Source of the DNA: Hormiphora californensis | Lineage: Eukaryota; Animalia; Ctenophora | DNA: 64,000 nucleotides | Assembly (NCBI GenBank): GCA_020137815.1 | Contig: CM035356.1 | Span: forward strand, 3,038,001-3,102,000 | Direction: 5' to 3' | Shown here: positions 41,914 through 55,738 of the stretch, piece after piece | Layout of the letters: each line of letters opens with the position of its first letter | Numbering within the stretch: position 1 is the stretch's first letter | Translations under genes and position numbers: made by a program | Notes under the pieces: model-generated | What the model was told of the DNA's origin: nothing | What the model saw: only the letters and a program-made list of their open reading frames with translations | Databases searched by the model: none

Positions 41914-42048
41914 AAATAGAATACTTATTCAAGTATGACAACATATCGATATATCAGACCTTGTTTTGTTCAAACAAAAGGGAGGGTCGAACAAGGCAAA
42001 TCAAACCTATCGCCTAACCAAACAACACGTCATGATCTATAGAGCAAG

Positions 42049-42746
42049 ATGAGATCGTGTACTCTGGGACTGTTTCTGTGTCTGGTACTAGCCGGCTCTA
42101 TCATGGTTGAAGCAGGTTGTGGCTCAAAACGGTGCAAGAAATCCCTGATCGAGAGATACAACCTCTGTCTAATGAGTGGGTAAGTGACTCACAGTTCAGA
42201 TCTTACACAATTCTTGGTGACGCAGTCACCCTTACAACTCCAAACAACGGGTTAGAGAGGTGACTGCGCCACCAAAAACAATTCGTATCAGCGTGAACAG
42301 TGAAAGGGCCGAGTAGAGAAGTTTGATATAAACAATACAAAGTGTTACGTGCGAGAACTAAAATAAGCTTATTCAGGTACACCTCTGCGTACGACTGTAA
42401 GCCCCTAGCCTACTACTCCTTGGAATTTGATAACGAGTGCTGTCAGGTAAACCATCACACAATCAACTCGAGACTCAATTAGTACACAGCACCCAATGCA
42501 ATCAGTTTGACTTCCTCAATTAACTCTGTTGATACCGGTTCATGTTTCACCCAATCAGAATTCTTTCCTGTCCACGAATCACGCCTGCTATAATAAACGA
42601 ACCTTGCTTTTAAACCCATTCACAATACATCAATTCTCTAGGCCCTGGAGAAAGCCATGGTGCGATGTGTGACACGGGGCAAACTGGAGTACGATTGTTT
42701 GAAGAACGATGACGAAGAGGAATACGATGGAGAAGATGAGGTGTAA
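42049..42746 (+). CDS. Small secreted 8-Cys protein A (~101 aa, 3 exons), acidic tail
   Basis: Exons 42049-42179, 42377-42446, 42642-42746: MRSCTLGLFLCLVLAGSIMVEAGCGSKRC...NECCQALEKAMVRCVTRGKLEYDCLKNDDEEEYDGEDEV. Confidence 0.82.
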
Positions 42747-42974
42747 CTGAAATGACATTACATTATCGATCACGTGACGTCACAATATGACGTCATCAGC
42801 TTTCAACATGTGCGAGTGACATCACTGGAAACATCAATCACATTAAAACTGTTTCTCTCAAAACGTCACAATAAATCGAGAGAGAGATCACGAGGTGCCT
42901 TAAAAAGTGTGAATCGTTCTTCTGTTACCGACATTGTTGTTCACAGGTGTGTCACTTTTCTTTTTATTCTGATC

Positions 42975-43560
42975 ATGTCTCTGTTTTATTTTGTCGCTGT
43001 GTTAACCCCGGCTCTAGTTGCCACTGCGTGGGATCCCTGCTACGAGCGACGACGATGCAATGGGAAGCTCCTGGAAAACTATTCTATCTGTTTGATGGCT
43101 GGGTATAAATCTCAGTATGGTTGCAAACCGACCCAGTATATTACCCTTCCTTACAATAAGGCGTGTTGCGAGGTAAGGTTGATATCGGGTGAAATGTGGG
43201 GTTTTATCCAGTGTCGGTCAAACACCACCTTGACTAAATACTAAATATTCAACCGTGTGAAGGGCGTGTGACGTTGTTTAGTTTATTACTGACTGATCTG
43301 TTATTGAACTGTATCTAGAACTATTAATATTTTTCAGTTTGTATGATCATATTTTTCAGTTTGTATGATCATCACTATTATTTCAGATGATCGAAAATAA
43401 GGTGTACCGGTGTGTCCGAAAGGGATCTCTAGAGTTCGAATGTATCGAAGATAACACTGAAGAAGCTCCCACAGAGTTTACCAGGAATGAGGGTTGGGAG
43501 ACTGAAACAACAGATCTTGGAGCCTCTACAATGCAATTAGGGGGAGAGTCTGAGATATGA
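42975..43560 (+). CDS. Small secreted 8-Cys protein B (~123 aa, 2 exons), paralogue of A
   Basis: Exons 42975-43172 and 43387-43560. Cys spacing is the same and the intron position after CC-x is shared. Confidence 0.82.
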
Positions 43561-43632
43561 CGAGGATCTAGTAGGACAATGATTATATATTGACAAATCT
43601 AATTCCGGAAAGAGATGAATGTATTATCGGTA

Positions 43633-44313
43633 GGGTAGCGACTGGCAATTTGAAACGCCTGCTAACTTGAAACAGTGTCTGATAACTTGAAACACGTGCT
43701 CTGGTTATTTGAAACAAATGCGCGTTATTTGCTCTCTGATTGGTGTCGTGTGTGTGCTGTAGCACAGTGAAGAGAGTCTGGTAACTTGAAACACTGAGGA
43801 GGGCTATTTGAAACAATTTTCTCCGATTGGATTGTCGAAATTTTTGTTGTTCAATATGAGCATGAGGCAGGATATAAACTATGATTTGAGTCATTTCCGC
43901 CAAAAGTTGGCCGAATATGAGGCAAAAACTGTTTTCCTGCTAATTTGAAACAGTTTTTGGAAAAGGTCATTGCACCAAGCACGTTCAACAAAATTCAGAT
44001 TTCAGACATGGAATGGCTCTGCACAACCCTTTTCTAACTATTCAATGTCAAAAATTTTGGTTTCGTGGAGAAATTGAGGGAGATACGGGTGTTTCAAATT
44101 AGCAGACCGAGGCGGGTAAATTGAAACACCAAATTTGGATAGATATCACGTGACCCTGACCCCGGAAGACAAAATGAGACATCTCCAACCACCCAAAAAA
44201 CTACCCAGGGACTGTCTCGGTAACACAAGGTCAAAAAAATTTGGGTTCGACTTGATTTGTGGGCAGGCAAGGGAAAAAAGTGAAAAACTGTTTCAAATAG
44301 CCAGTCGCTACCC
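43633..44313. mobile_element. ~680-bp MITE, TIR GGGTAGCGACTGGC, TA-flanked
   Basis: TIRs plus internal repeated TTTGAAAC motifs. Confidence 0.8.
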
Positions 44314-44362
44314 TACTTTTTTATTTCCTTTACCACAGTTTTATATAAAGGGTAAACGATAT

Positions 44363-44406
<44 letters not shown>

Positions 44407-44826
44407 GGGGAGAGATAGATAGAGAGAGATATATATATAGATATATATAACATGGATAGAGCAAGTACAGTTTCCACCCCGAGAAAGGAGGTAAAACAGA
44501 TAACGAGAATGATATAAAGATGCCACGTGTTGTGTTCCTATATGGCTTTACCCCTCATCGGCTATATGTATAATCTATCCAGTCTTATATATTATCTATC
44601 GTTTTTGAAACTAGTGAGAGAGAGATAGATAGAGAGATAGATATTAATAGAGAGAGAGAGCAAGTACAGGTTCCCACCTCGAGAAAGGAGGTAAAGCAGA
44701 TAACGAAATAATGATGCCACGACCAACGTGCTGCGTTCCTCATCAGCCATATAATATCCAGTCTTCTATCATTTATCGTTTCCAAACTTAATTCGCTATC
44801 GTTTTTGAAATTTTTCGCTTGTCACA

Positions 44827-45565
44827 ATGTGGAAAATTCCTATTATATTCATTCCCATCTTGTTCAAAGGTAAAAGAACCATCGTCCTGCATCGAATAGC
44901 TCAATCCAATGCATACAAAACAGTATCCAGGACATCATAGACCATTGAAAATAGGACTACAGGAAGTGTAAGAATAAGGTGTAAGACGCAAGTTGCAACT
45001 GATTATTTAAGCCTTACTATTCCTTTAGTTGTTGTGGGTGGAGCTGTGGAGGAGATTCCTATTGTGAATGCAAGTTCCAATGAGACAGATAACGGTTATG
45101 GACCGGGAAACGCCATAGATCGAGACAATAGCACGATGTACTACGCAAAATACATCCCCATTAAAACAGGAATCAGAGGGAATTTCCTTTTGCTGTCATT
45201 TGCTCGAGAGTGCAGAGTTGGCGATGTTAAAATCTATAGTACAAAAGACACAGGGAGCGGGCAAGGCACCAACATCATAAACACCCATATCTACGCAATC
45301 GGAAGCTCGGGAGAAACTCACTTGTGACTCCATCGACGGTCAGTAACTACGTGACATAAGTTTTTTGCTCTGTTTAATACTGAGCAATTTAGTTAACAGC
45401 TTTTAATCTTAGAGAACGATGGAAGTACGGAACAGGTCTACACACGATCCTGCCAGGACACTCCTGCTTCGATGGTCAAACTGAACGATTCTGATACGGC
45501 TAAAACTGGCAGACACAAGCTTTTAGAGGTGTTTGTGTATGGGAACTGCGATTTTCTACCTCCAG
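44827..45565 (+). CDS. 5' exons of a secreted F-type lectin/discoidin (F5/8C-like) protein, with one apparent frameshift
   Basis: MWKIPIIFIPILFK|VVVGG...YGPGNAIDRD...|...LLEVFVYG. TTGTGA at ~45322 needs +2 nt (TTG TGT GAC) to stay in phase with the next exon. Confidence 0.65.
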
Positions 45566-45927
45566 GTAAACCATTCACCAGACTCTTACTTGGTAAAGAA
45601 ATTACCCCTCAACGCCGAGCACCAGCGTATTAGGTGTATCCAAGGCTCTGACGAAGTATATTACAAAGACAATACATTTCATATTCATCAGATATTATAG
45701 ATCCAAATAATAACCAAGATATATAAGTCTTAGAGAGATGACCTCTCTGCAGGTGGTACATCACTACGTAGTGGGCTCAACAGGGGATCTGTCACTAGCT
45801 AGTAGAACTGGGGCGATCGTAGCAATTGCAAATCGAGGAATCTGTCTTTCTATCTTTTTTTCTCTCTCAATCTGATCAGTGATCTGATCCCTTCTTTCTC
45901 TCGCTATGTACCGTCCGATACGTGATA

Positions 45928-46218
45928 CAGGGGTGGATCTACCGGGGGGGGGGGGTGTGGGGGGTGCCCACCCCCTCACTTCCCTGAAAACGGCCTTAGG
46001 GGGGGTGCACAGTGCACACTGCACAGTGCACACCCCCCACTTTGTTAGCAAAAAGTGTCTGAAAAGCATAGTTTTAAGGTTCAAAACTATCAAAATTTTC
46101 TCGCGAAGCTCATTTTATTATTTTACTTACAATTGATTATGCCAAAAACTAACAGAAATTAGTTGGCTGGAAAGGTGACCACTTTTGTTGTCAAACTGAC
46201 ACCTTTGCCCTCTCCGGG

Positions 46219-46288
<70 letters not shown>

Positions 46289-47738
46289 TTTCCCTATCTC
46301 TCTATCTCTTTTCTCAAACTCCCTGATTTACCCCCTGATTTACCCTATCGATGATATCCGTAACCCGGGCCGGGCAAAGGTGTCAGTTTGACAACAAAAG
46401 TGGTCACCTTTCCAGCCAACTAATTTCTGTTAGTTTTTGGCATAATTGGGGTATATTTTTGGTATTTTCTGATGTGAAATACAATGTAAGACAGGTCTGG
46501 ACGTAGCAGAAGAAGTAAAGACCGTCAGGAATCGCTAAAATACGAAAATTTCAATTTTGACGTCATTGTGACGTCATAGCGTGACGTCACGACGTTATAA
46601 CGTCCTGATAGGGAAATATTATTATCAGGCTCATCTAGATAAAGAGGCTGGCCAAGTTTGAGATCGATTGGACAAGATTTGAGGTCGCTATGGTGAAAAA
46701 CGCACTATCGTCATATCCATTTTCATACAGTCTTAACACTTCAGACGCGATTTGAGACCCTTAGAAATAGAGTTTCACAAATTCGCGATCTAGTATCTGA
46801 AAGTTTAGACGATTATCTTTCATAAGTGTGGTCTCCGTTTTTCAATCAGAAACCGTCTTCAGGGTGTAAATTGAGCTCAAAGAAATTTGGTTGGTTTGAA
46901 AAATGTCTTATCTTTATGACAGTTTGTCAAGACGTTCTGATTGGACCTAGAACATAAAAACTATTCGTCTACACAATTCAAACGATTATCTTTCGAATGC
47001 AACAAACGAGAAGTGTCTATCTTATGTCGTTTTCTCTCAAAAACGATTATAAATTTGGTAAAATAGCGTCTATCCATACATAGATAGATACATAGATAGA
47101 TAGATAGACCCGGGACATTTATTGCTTTTTTCACGATGCCATATCTCTAAAACTAAAAGAGATAGAGACTTGCCCTTTTAAACTACAGTAGATCTAGACT
47201 ATGTGACACTGTATACCAAATTTCAGATTGATTGGTGCAGTGGGGGCCTCGCTATGGGCGTCGCAAAATGCCATTTTTGGCTAAAAACTGAAAAAAGTTA
47301 TTACTGCATTCTGGCACGCGCGGCTGGGGGAGGGGATGGTCACCTTTGCGCTTGCCAGCGCAGTGATTTATCAAATTAGAAGAACAATTCAACGGTTATT
47401 CTTCAACCGATATGTTATTCTTCTAAAGTTTGACAAGTGTGGTGGGAGAAATGGCTCACCCTAGAACAATTGCAAGTTAATAGCAAAAATGCATAATAAC
47501 CTGTAAATCACTTGTGCTCAAAATTGGTCAAAAAACTCAAAATTTTCCGGGGGCTCCGCCCCCTAGACCCCCGCCGGGACGTTGCCCCTGGACCCCATTG
47601 GGGGCCTGCGGCCCCCAAACCCCCTGCCGGTGCTCCTCCGGCGCCCCTTCGCGGCACCGTCGTCGCGTTCTGTAAAAATGTGAACATGGCCTTCGGCCAT
47701 GCCACCCCCTCACTTATTTCGACCTGGATCCACCCCTG
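45928..47738. mobile_element. hAT-like non-autonomous element with nested insertion
   Basis: TIR CAGGGGTGGATC...GATCCACCCCTG. The 8-bp TSD ACGTGATA is at 45920-45927 and 47739-47746. An internal ~75-bp IR spans 46136-46447. Confidence 0.88.
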
Positions 47739-48179
47739 ACGTGATACCCACGAACGAAGTCCAGAATTTGTATTCCTTACGTCCTAGTCCTAAGCTATAT
47801 AATTACTATGACTATTGAATATTCTTAGTATTAATAAGATTCCCTGACTCCCGGACTCTCCCTTTTTCTATTACAACCTGTCCCATTATCTCCAGTATGA
47901 GCTGTATAACTCAACCATTCTCTGCCAATACACCTTGTTGTTGTTGTTGTATGCGCCTCCGCTTCCGGTCCTCCACTTGAGTTTTTATCCCGTCAGGCAG
48001 CCAGTTCCTCACGCCCGAGATGGACGGAGCTCAGGTTCCAGAGTTTCCTCTTTCCCCCGGGAGAGTATTCTTCCTCCGTCTTATGTCCATGGATTTAGAG
48101 ATAAGGGTGGAATCGTCTCCCATAACTGTCTTGACAGGTCTCATGAGACAGGACCGCACCAGCACTGTTTTCACATTGT

Positions 48180-49192
48180 AGACCAGTCATATGATGTCGG
48201 TTTTGGACCGAAAAAAAACATAATTGATCTAAATGTGATTCCACTTCTAGGGCACTCCAATAGGTCCCTAGAACCACCAAAAAAATTTGTCACTCTTCAT
48301 CAAATGAATAAATGTGGTTTTTGGGCCACGCCCTTATACCTGTATTTTCAGTCATGTGGTCAAAACTGAAAACCATCTTAGGAAACGAGTAGAGAAGAAA
48401 TCAAGGGCACTAAAGTGTGTAGCGTCCTCGCATTAGTGGGGGTAGGTGCCGGAATTAAGTCTCTATCTCATCTGGTTAATTAGATAATTGGATAATTAGG
48501 TATGCGCATAACCGTTTTTTGGCTATATGGCTATAGCCACTTATAAATGGTTTAGAGACTTTTCACTGGTGCCATTTTGTAGGCAATGGCCAAGTTATGG
48601 GGGGTCGACGTCGGACTTTTAAGCTCTATCTCCAACCGTTTAGCCGTTATTTCGATTCAAAGGTGCTGAAAATGAGTAAAAATCGGGCTTTTTCCCGTTT
48701 TTTGCTCATTTTCAGCCACCTTAAAAGCCAAATAACGGCTAAACGGTTGAAGATAGAGCTTAAAAGTCCGACGTCGACCCCCCATAACTTGGCCATTGCC
48801 TACAAAATGGCACCAGTGAAAAGTCTCTAAACCATTTATAAGTGGCTATAGCCATATAGCCAAAAAACGGTTATGCGCATACCTAATTATCCAATTATCT
48901 AATTAACCAGATGAGATAGAGACTTAATTCCGGCACCTACCCCCACTAATGCGAGGACGCTACACACTTTAGTGCCCTTGATTTCTTCTCTACTCGTTTC
49001 CTAAGATGGTTTTCAGTTTTGACCACATGACTGAAAATACAGGTATAAGGGCGTGGCCCAAAAACCACATTTATTCATTTGATGAAGAGTGACAAATTTT
49101 TTTGGTGGTTCTAGGGACCTATTGGAGTGCCCTAGAAGTGGAATCACATTTAGATCAATTATGTTCCCTATCATGCATCATATGACTGGTCT
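48180..49192. mobile_element. 1.0-kb foldback element
   Basis: Termini AGACCAGTCATATGATG, ~470-bp inverted arms, and ATTGT on both flanks (possible 5-bp TSD). Confidence 0.78.
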
Positions 49193-50333
49193 ATTGTGCC
49201 AGTCTCGGATATCTCCAGCGATCCTTGGTGAGTGGTATCTCAGCATTGATCGCTTTCGATGTGGCCTTGGCTAGGACAATTCGGACACTCCATTGACTAT
49301 GGCACCTTTGTAGATTTTGCGCTGCCAACCTCTGATTTGTAATCAGTACTCCATGGGGGTTCATGGAACATCACTTTTTGTTCATGATGCAGATGCAGCG
49401 TCCGGCCGTTCATGGGGTAGTTAGGGCAGGTTCCTTCCCAAAACGGAACTCTGGCGTGTGGAATGTTTAGTGGGTTCGGTATCTATGTGCGTCACTCATA
49501 GAAATTTGTTTTATAGTGTGAGATAGTGGTTTGAATTGTTGAGGGTTATCTGAAGAGTTTGCTTTTATGTATTAATTGGGTGAATTTGTTCCAGTCAAGG
49601 TTCTCGTCTCCATAGATTTCCTCAACCACATTTTGGTAGTTTAGTCTGTATCTTCCCCAATACACCTGATGTTTGTTATTAAACCCTTCGTTTACAACGG
49701 GACGCGGTGAGAGGGAGAGGGTTGAACAAGGTAAACTATCTCTCTTTCTACTAACTATCGGCTTCACATCTGGTCCAACTCCCCAGACGTGCCCTAATAG
49801 TAGACACTCCTTTATACCTTGTAAATAGTTACGGGTGCAGGTGGTCGGTTCCCCGAGAAAATCTGAATTTTTAAACTGTCTGCCCACCTTTTTGTTTGTG
49901 TTGTTATAACTGGGTGCTGTGATGCACAAATAATATAAATATTATTTGTGCATCACAGCACCCAGTTGATATAAACTGTTGAGAGAGAGACATGTCTTAT
50001 TGTATGATCAGTAGTGACGGGTTTGGGGCACTGACTAATGACCATAAAATAAGCAATGGCTCCAGATGGCTCTGACCATTAGTTAAAGTCACGATTCTTT
50101 AATGGATGGATCTCTTTTTATCTGTATCATGGATTATAAAGGAACGCTATCCGTTGTTCGATAACAGCTCTTATAAAGGAATTGCCTCCTTCATTAAAGC
50201 AGTTCTAGTAGAACTGGGGCGTCATTTCTGTCAAATTTGCATTAGATATATAGTTAGAAGTTTCTCTCTTTAGTAAGTCCGAAGTGAAGCTCGTTTTTGG
50301 TTAATACGATAATTTTTGGGTACCCAAGTCACG

Positions 50334-50426
<93 letters not shown>

Positions 50427-50669
50427 AGGGGAGGAGAAAGAGAGAGTGGAGACATAAAGGGATATAATTAGCGGTGTGCGGACTCTAGTGCTAAAATCAC
50501 GAAAAGCGAACTCGAGATTTCGGCCGTTAGGCCGGAAACGAGAGTTTGCTGTACCTCTATACTCATTTAGAAGTGTTAGGGCCGTTATTTGGGTTCGAGG
50601 TTAGGGGTTAGGGTAAAGGTTAGGGTTAGATATAGAGTCCTCCCTGGGTTTAGATATAGAGTCCGTTAG

Positions 50670-51544
50670 CACAGTGGGTAATTTTCCTGCGTGACCCTAC
50701 AAAATGAAATATATGCCGTAGAAATCATATTTTTGGGCCAAAGTGACCTCTCCTAGACTAAAACCGTTCCTAGAAAGCGATTTAGACACTTTTCAGAGTG
50801 CTTAGATGCCACCTTTTTGAAATATTTGAAGAAAATTAATTAGCTAATTAATAACTTGATTAAGTAAAAACGTAACTTGGCTCAGGAACCACTTAGAGAT
50901 CCAATTTTTGATGCAAATTGTCCGGAATGTGCATGTTTATATAGGACTTATGAAGCAACATATGGCCTAAATCAAACCGTTTTTGAGTTATATGCCATTT
51001 TAGATCAGGCATTTTACACATAAAAGCCGAAAAAGCGAAAAAATCGCTTAAATTTCGCACTTTAAATGGCTATAAAATTCAAACAGGGGAAAAGTGGGGA
51101 ATTCCCGCGACACTACAATGTTCCAAATTGTCCATAGAGTCAGAATATCACAATGAAAGGGGTGGCGTCGAGCGGCGAAGTAACTTTTTTTGGTCATTCA
51201 TATCCTAAAAATAGCCTAAATTTGACACGCGCAACCGAGAAAAAATAGTTAGAGTAAGACATATTGAACCCTAATCACTGAAAAGAACACAAAACAACCA
51301 TCACGATACAAAAGAAATGAAAGAAAAAGAATGAAAGGTATTGCAGTAGTGTGCACATGGATCTAAGCGAATTTCACAGCCAAAATGAAAACCCACAATT
51401 TCCCTCAACTTCAAACTAACATAAAATCTGTAAATCTCAATATTTTTTACGTGAAACCTTGATTATTTTTACAATCGATATCCAAATTTCAGCAAATTTA
51501 AAGACAACTTTTTTTCCCACTTTGTAGGGTCATTACCCACTGTG
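50670..51544. mobile_element. Non-autonomous Transib/RAG-like transposon with RSS-like asymmetric ends
   Basis: CACAGTG at both termini and a 5-bp TSD GTTAG (50665-50669, 51545-51549). The empty site is present at 25809-26013. Spacers of 22 and 12 bp precede ACAAA. Confidence 0.88.
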
Positions 51545-51612
51545 GTTAGCACTAGAGTCCGCCCACCATAATTAGCTGCTGTTGTCTAGAAGACAATGTC
51601 AATTGTCATTAG

Positions 51613-51692
<80 letters not shown>

Positions 51693-51893
51693 AGGGAAGA
51701 GAGGAAAGATAGAAAGAAAGAGAGGAAGAGAGAGAGAGAGAGAGAGAGCGAGCATAGAGAAAGAATGAGAGAGATCGAGAAGAGGGGAGGAGACAGAGAG
51801 AGTGTGAGCACATAAAGGGATATAATTAGCTGCTGTTGTACTAGAAGACAAGGTTCAATTGTCATTAGCCGAGAGAGGAGAGAGAGCGAGAGA

Positions 51894-52008
<115 letters not shown>

Positions 52009-52188
52009 GATAGACAACTGAGCAAGCTACAGAATTATAGCATACCAACATTATATTCTTGAACATCAAGTTTGTAATCTTCTCCCATCAGTCTTTTTTT
52101 TCTGCTGTCCATTTTGTTGCCATCTATGGGTCCGGAGATAGCTATAGAGAGACTAGAGAGGGAGACTAGAGAGAGAGACTTGAGAGAA

Positions 52189-52259
<71 letters not shown>

Positions 52260-52406
52260 AATCAATCAATCAATCAATCAATCAAATGTAAGCCATCCGT
52301 AGAATGGCCCGGGAAAACTAGAGTTTTTAACACACAACTCTCAGATAATGTTGGTATTATTGGTTTTACAGACACTTTCATCGACCACTACTGCAATCCC
52401 AACAGG

Positions 52407-55400
52407 TAAAGTCCGATTTTTAATAATGTGAATGGGGGGCGCGCACTTAATTCCATTTGCACGAGCTGAATTCTGTTTCTGACAATCTCAAGACTTGATT
52501 CCGGAAGTATCGGAAAGATAACTGTAAGACCTTTTCAATGCAACCAAGATGGTAGTATGGTAGTTAAGGTCGTGCGCACTTTTTGGCGCCATTTGGCGCC
52601 AAATTGGCGCCACGTGGCGCCACGTGGCGATATATTGGCGCCAAATGGCGCCAAAATTTGGCGACTGCGCACTGCCGCCAATTTGGCGCGAAGTTGGCGC
52701 CAAGTTGGCGGTTTTTTGGCGCCAAATGGCGCCAATTGGCGCCACGTGGCGATTATAAATCGCCAAGTGTTGGCGGTAATTGGCGGTACCGCCACGTGGC
52801 GATGCGCATTTTTCTGGATAAACTGTGCCCACCGCCAAGTGGCGCCAAATTGGCGCCAAATTGGCGCCAGGTATTTTTTAGTCTTGGCGCCAAATTGGCG
52901 CCAAATTAGCGCCACTTGGCGAGTGCGAACATTCAGAAGCGTAAATTAACCACATTTTTGTCGCCAACTTAGCACCAACTTAGCGCCAAATTGGCGCAAA
53001 GTGCCAAACACCGCCAATTTGGCGCCAACTTAGCGCCAAATTGGCGATTGGCTACAAATCGCCAATTTGGCGCTAAGTTGGCGCTAAGTGCCAAGCACCG
53101 CCAATTTGGAAATTGGCGGCGATCGCCAAGTAGCGCCAGATTGGCGCCAATTTGGCGCCAAATGGTGCTACTTGGCGATCGCCGCCAACATGGCGCCAAT
53201 TTGGCGCTAAGTTGGCGGCAATCGCCAAAATGGCGCTAAGTTGGCGATTGAATACAAATCGCCAAGTAGCGCCATTTGGCGCCAAATTGGCGCCAATCTG
53301 GCGCTAAAATGGCGACAATCGCCAATCACCGCCAATTTGGCGCCATTTGGCGCCACTTGGCGATAGGAATTCCTCTGATGGACGTTATGAATATTTGGAA
53401 TTTTAGGTACTATCGCCAATTTGGCGCCAATTTGGCGCCACTTGGCGATGGACACAGTTTATTCAGACAAATTCGCATCGCCACGTGGCGGTACCGCCAA
53501 ATACCGCCAACACTTGGCGATTTACAATCGCCACGTGGCGCCACGTGGCGCCACTTGGCGCCAAAAAATCGCCAACTTGGGGTAAAAGGGTCATGACCCT
53601 AAGTGACCAATTTTTGGCGCCAATTTTCGATTTTTTTGGCGCCAAAAACCATTATTGGCGCCAAATATTATCGCCAATAAAAAATACCGGCGCCAAAACG
53701 CGATTTGGCGCCGGTTTTTTTTGGCGCCAAAGCTCTTTTTGGCGCCGGCTTTTGGCGGTTCACTTGGGTGAACCTTAAAAAATTGGCGCCAATTCTGAAA
53801 TTGGCGCCACCCATCCTTGACCCTAAGTTTTTGGCGCCAATTATTCACTTTTGTAATAAAATCGGTGCCAGAAACTCGTTGGCGCCAATATATAGCGCCA
53901 ATTTTTGGCGCCAATTATTCATCCTGTGGCCCTTTCGTAACAAAATATTGGCCCAAAATGATGTAAATTGGCGCCAATTTATGGCGCCAATTTATGGCGC
54001 CACATAAAGTTTGTAATTTGCCGTCCGTAGAAATGCTTGGAGTGGTGATGATGATGGAGTAACCTATAAGCGTGCAACACTAGCGTGCAACAATTACCAC
54101 TTTTGCCCGTGCGAATCAAGTGGTTGTTATGGCGGGTAGGCAAGGTCAAATGCGTGAATACTGCACGTGCATGTTGTTGGATGCGTGTTATGTGTTCGGG
54201 TGTTCCTGCCATCTACAACTGGGGTTCCCATGATTGCCAAAGCTTTCCTACCTATAGGTACGTACGCACGTACGTATACGTACCCCCAATACAGCTCCAG
54301 TTTCTACGAATCTTTATCACCTGATTCAATATATTTGAAGGGAACCTCTTCCTCAATCCTTATCACCTATCCCTACCACTCTACCAACCTTTATATTCTT
54401 TCAGCCCGACATGATGAAGAGATGGAGTGAGAGAGAGAGAAAGAGAGAGAGCTGAAAACGTGGGAGCAGAGCTGAGAGTAGAGAAGTATGGCGTTGAGGG
54501 AAAAGACAAGCGGCAATGCTATTATATATTCCTTTACTACTTTCAGTCTTCTATGAGACTTTATTCATCTTATGGTTACTTGACTTTCTGAAAGATGAGT
54601 ATTGATATATAGGATTATGAGTGTATAGTAAATAACAGATTATCATTTACGATTAGAGGAAGATATATAGAGATATCAGACGAGGTACAGCCAACGGGGT
54701 TCGACTAACGTCTAAGATGCAGGGTCCAACCAACAGGCTTTCTTGTCCCTAAGATCTGTTACTTGACACTCCGTATCTTAATTTTCAATAATGTACCTAA
54801 ATTACAGCCAGTACCTAATGTTAAATGGCATTCCTCCACGTTTGAAGGGCCCAGTTATAACTGGAAAGATGCGTGTGACGAGTTTCGGGGTCAGACATTG
54901 TGATAGTACCACTGGTAATGAAAGTTATCCGCACAAATGCCAGCATCTGCAAACTGAGCTGTCTGGCGGCGCCAGACAGCTCTGACAGATCCTGACAGTG
55001 CGCTCAGATGGGGTCACGGCGCCAGACAGAAACTGAATGTTTTGTTTTTTTGGCGCCAATAATTGGCGCTAATAAATTGGCGCCAAAAAGTGGCGCTAAC
55101 AACTAGCGCTCAAGGGTTACTTAGTCGAAATTTTAAAGTTGGCGCTAATGATTGGCGCCAATTTTCCATCCTATGACCCTAAATATTCAACAAATTGGCG
55201 CCAACAGTTGGCGCCAACTTTCGCCAGAGTTGGCGCCAAAACTTAGGGTCAAGGATGGGTGGCGCCAATTTCAGAATTGGCGCCAATTTTTTAAGGTTCA
55301 CCCAAGTGAACCGCCAAAAGCCGGCGCCAAAAAGAGCTTTGGCGCCAAAAAAACCGGCGCCAAATCGCGTTTTGGCGCCGGTATTTTTTATTGGCGATAA

Positions 55401-55666
55401 TATTTGGCGCCAATAATGGTTTTTGGCGCCAAAAAATCGAAAATTGGCGCCAAAAATTGGTCACTTAGGGTCATGACCCTTTTACCCAACTTGGTGCCAT
55501 TTTGGCGCCAAATTGGCGGTTGTGCGCAGTCGCCAAATTTTGGCGCCATTTGGCGCTAAAATATCGCCATGTGGCGCCAAATTGGCGCCAAAAAGTGCGC
55601 ACGACCTTAACTACCATACTACCGTTTTTGCGCACCCCGGTTCGCATTATTAAAAATCGGACTTTA
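52407..55666. mobile_element. Composite TIR element with large TTGGCGCCAA palindromic subterminal arrays
   Basis: Outer IR TAAAGTCCGATTTTTAATAATG. Inner IR GGTAGTATGGTAGTTAAGGTCGTGCGCAC (52551/55623). Segment ~53570-53840 is inverted at ~55230-55495. Confidence 0.75.
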
Positions 55667-55738
55667 TGCACACATCATTATCAAACTTCCCCCATTCTTG
55701 TGCCACCACAAATGTATATTTTTATCCCGTTTTTATAG

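Noticed and set aside
49546-49929. Possible retroelement ORF remnant
   Set aside because: No RT, endonuclease or RNase H motif could be recognised.
52488-55738. Many overlapping WRQ/GAK/APN-rich ORFs
   Set aside because: They are translations of the TTGGCGCCAA palindromic array and are open on both strands.
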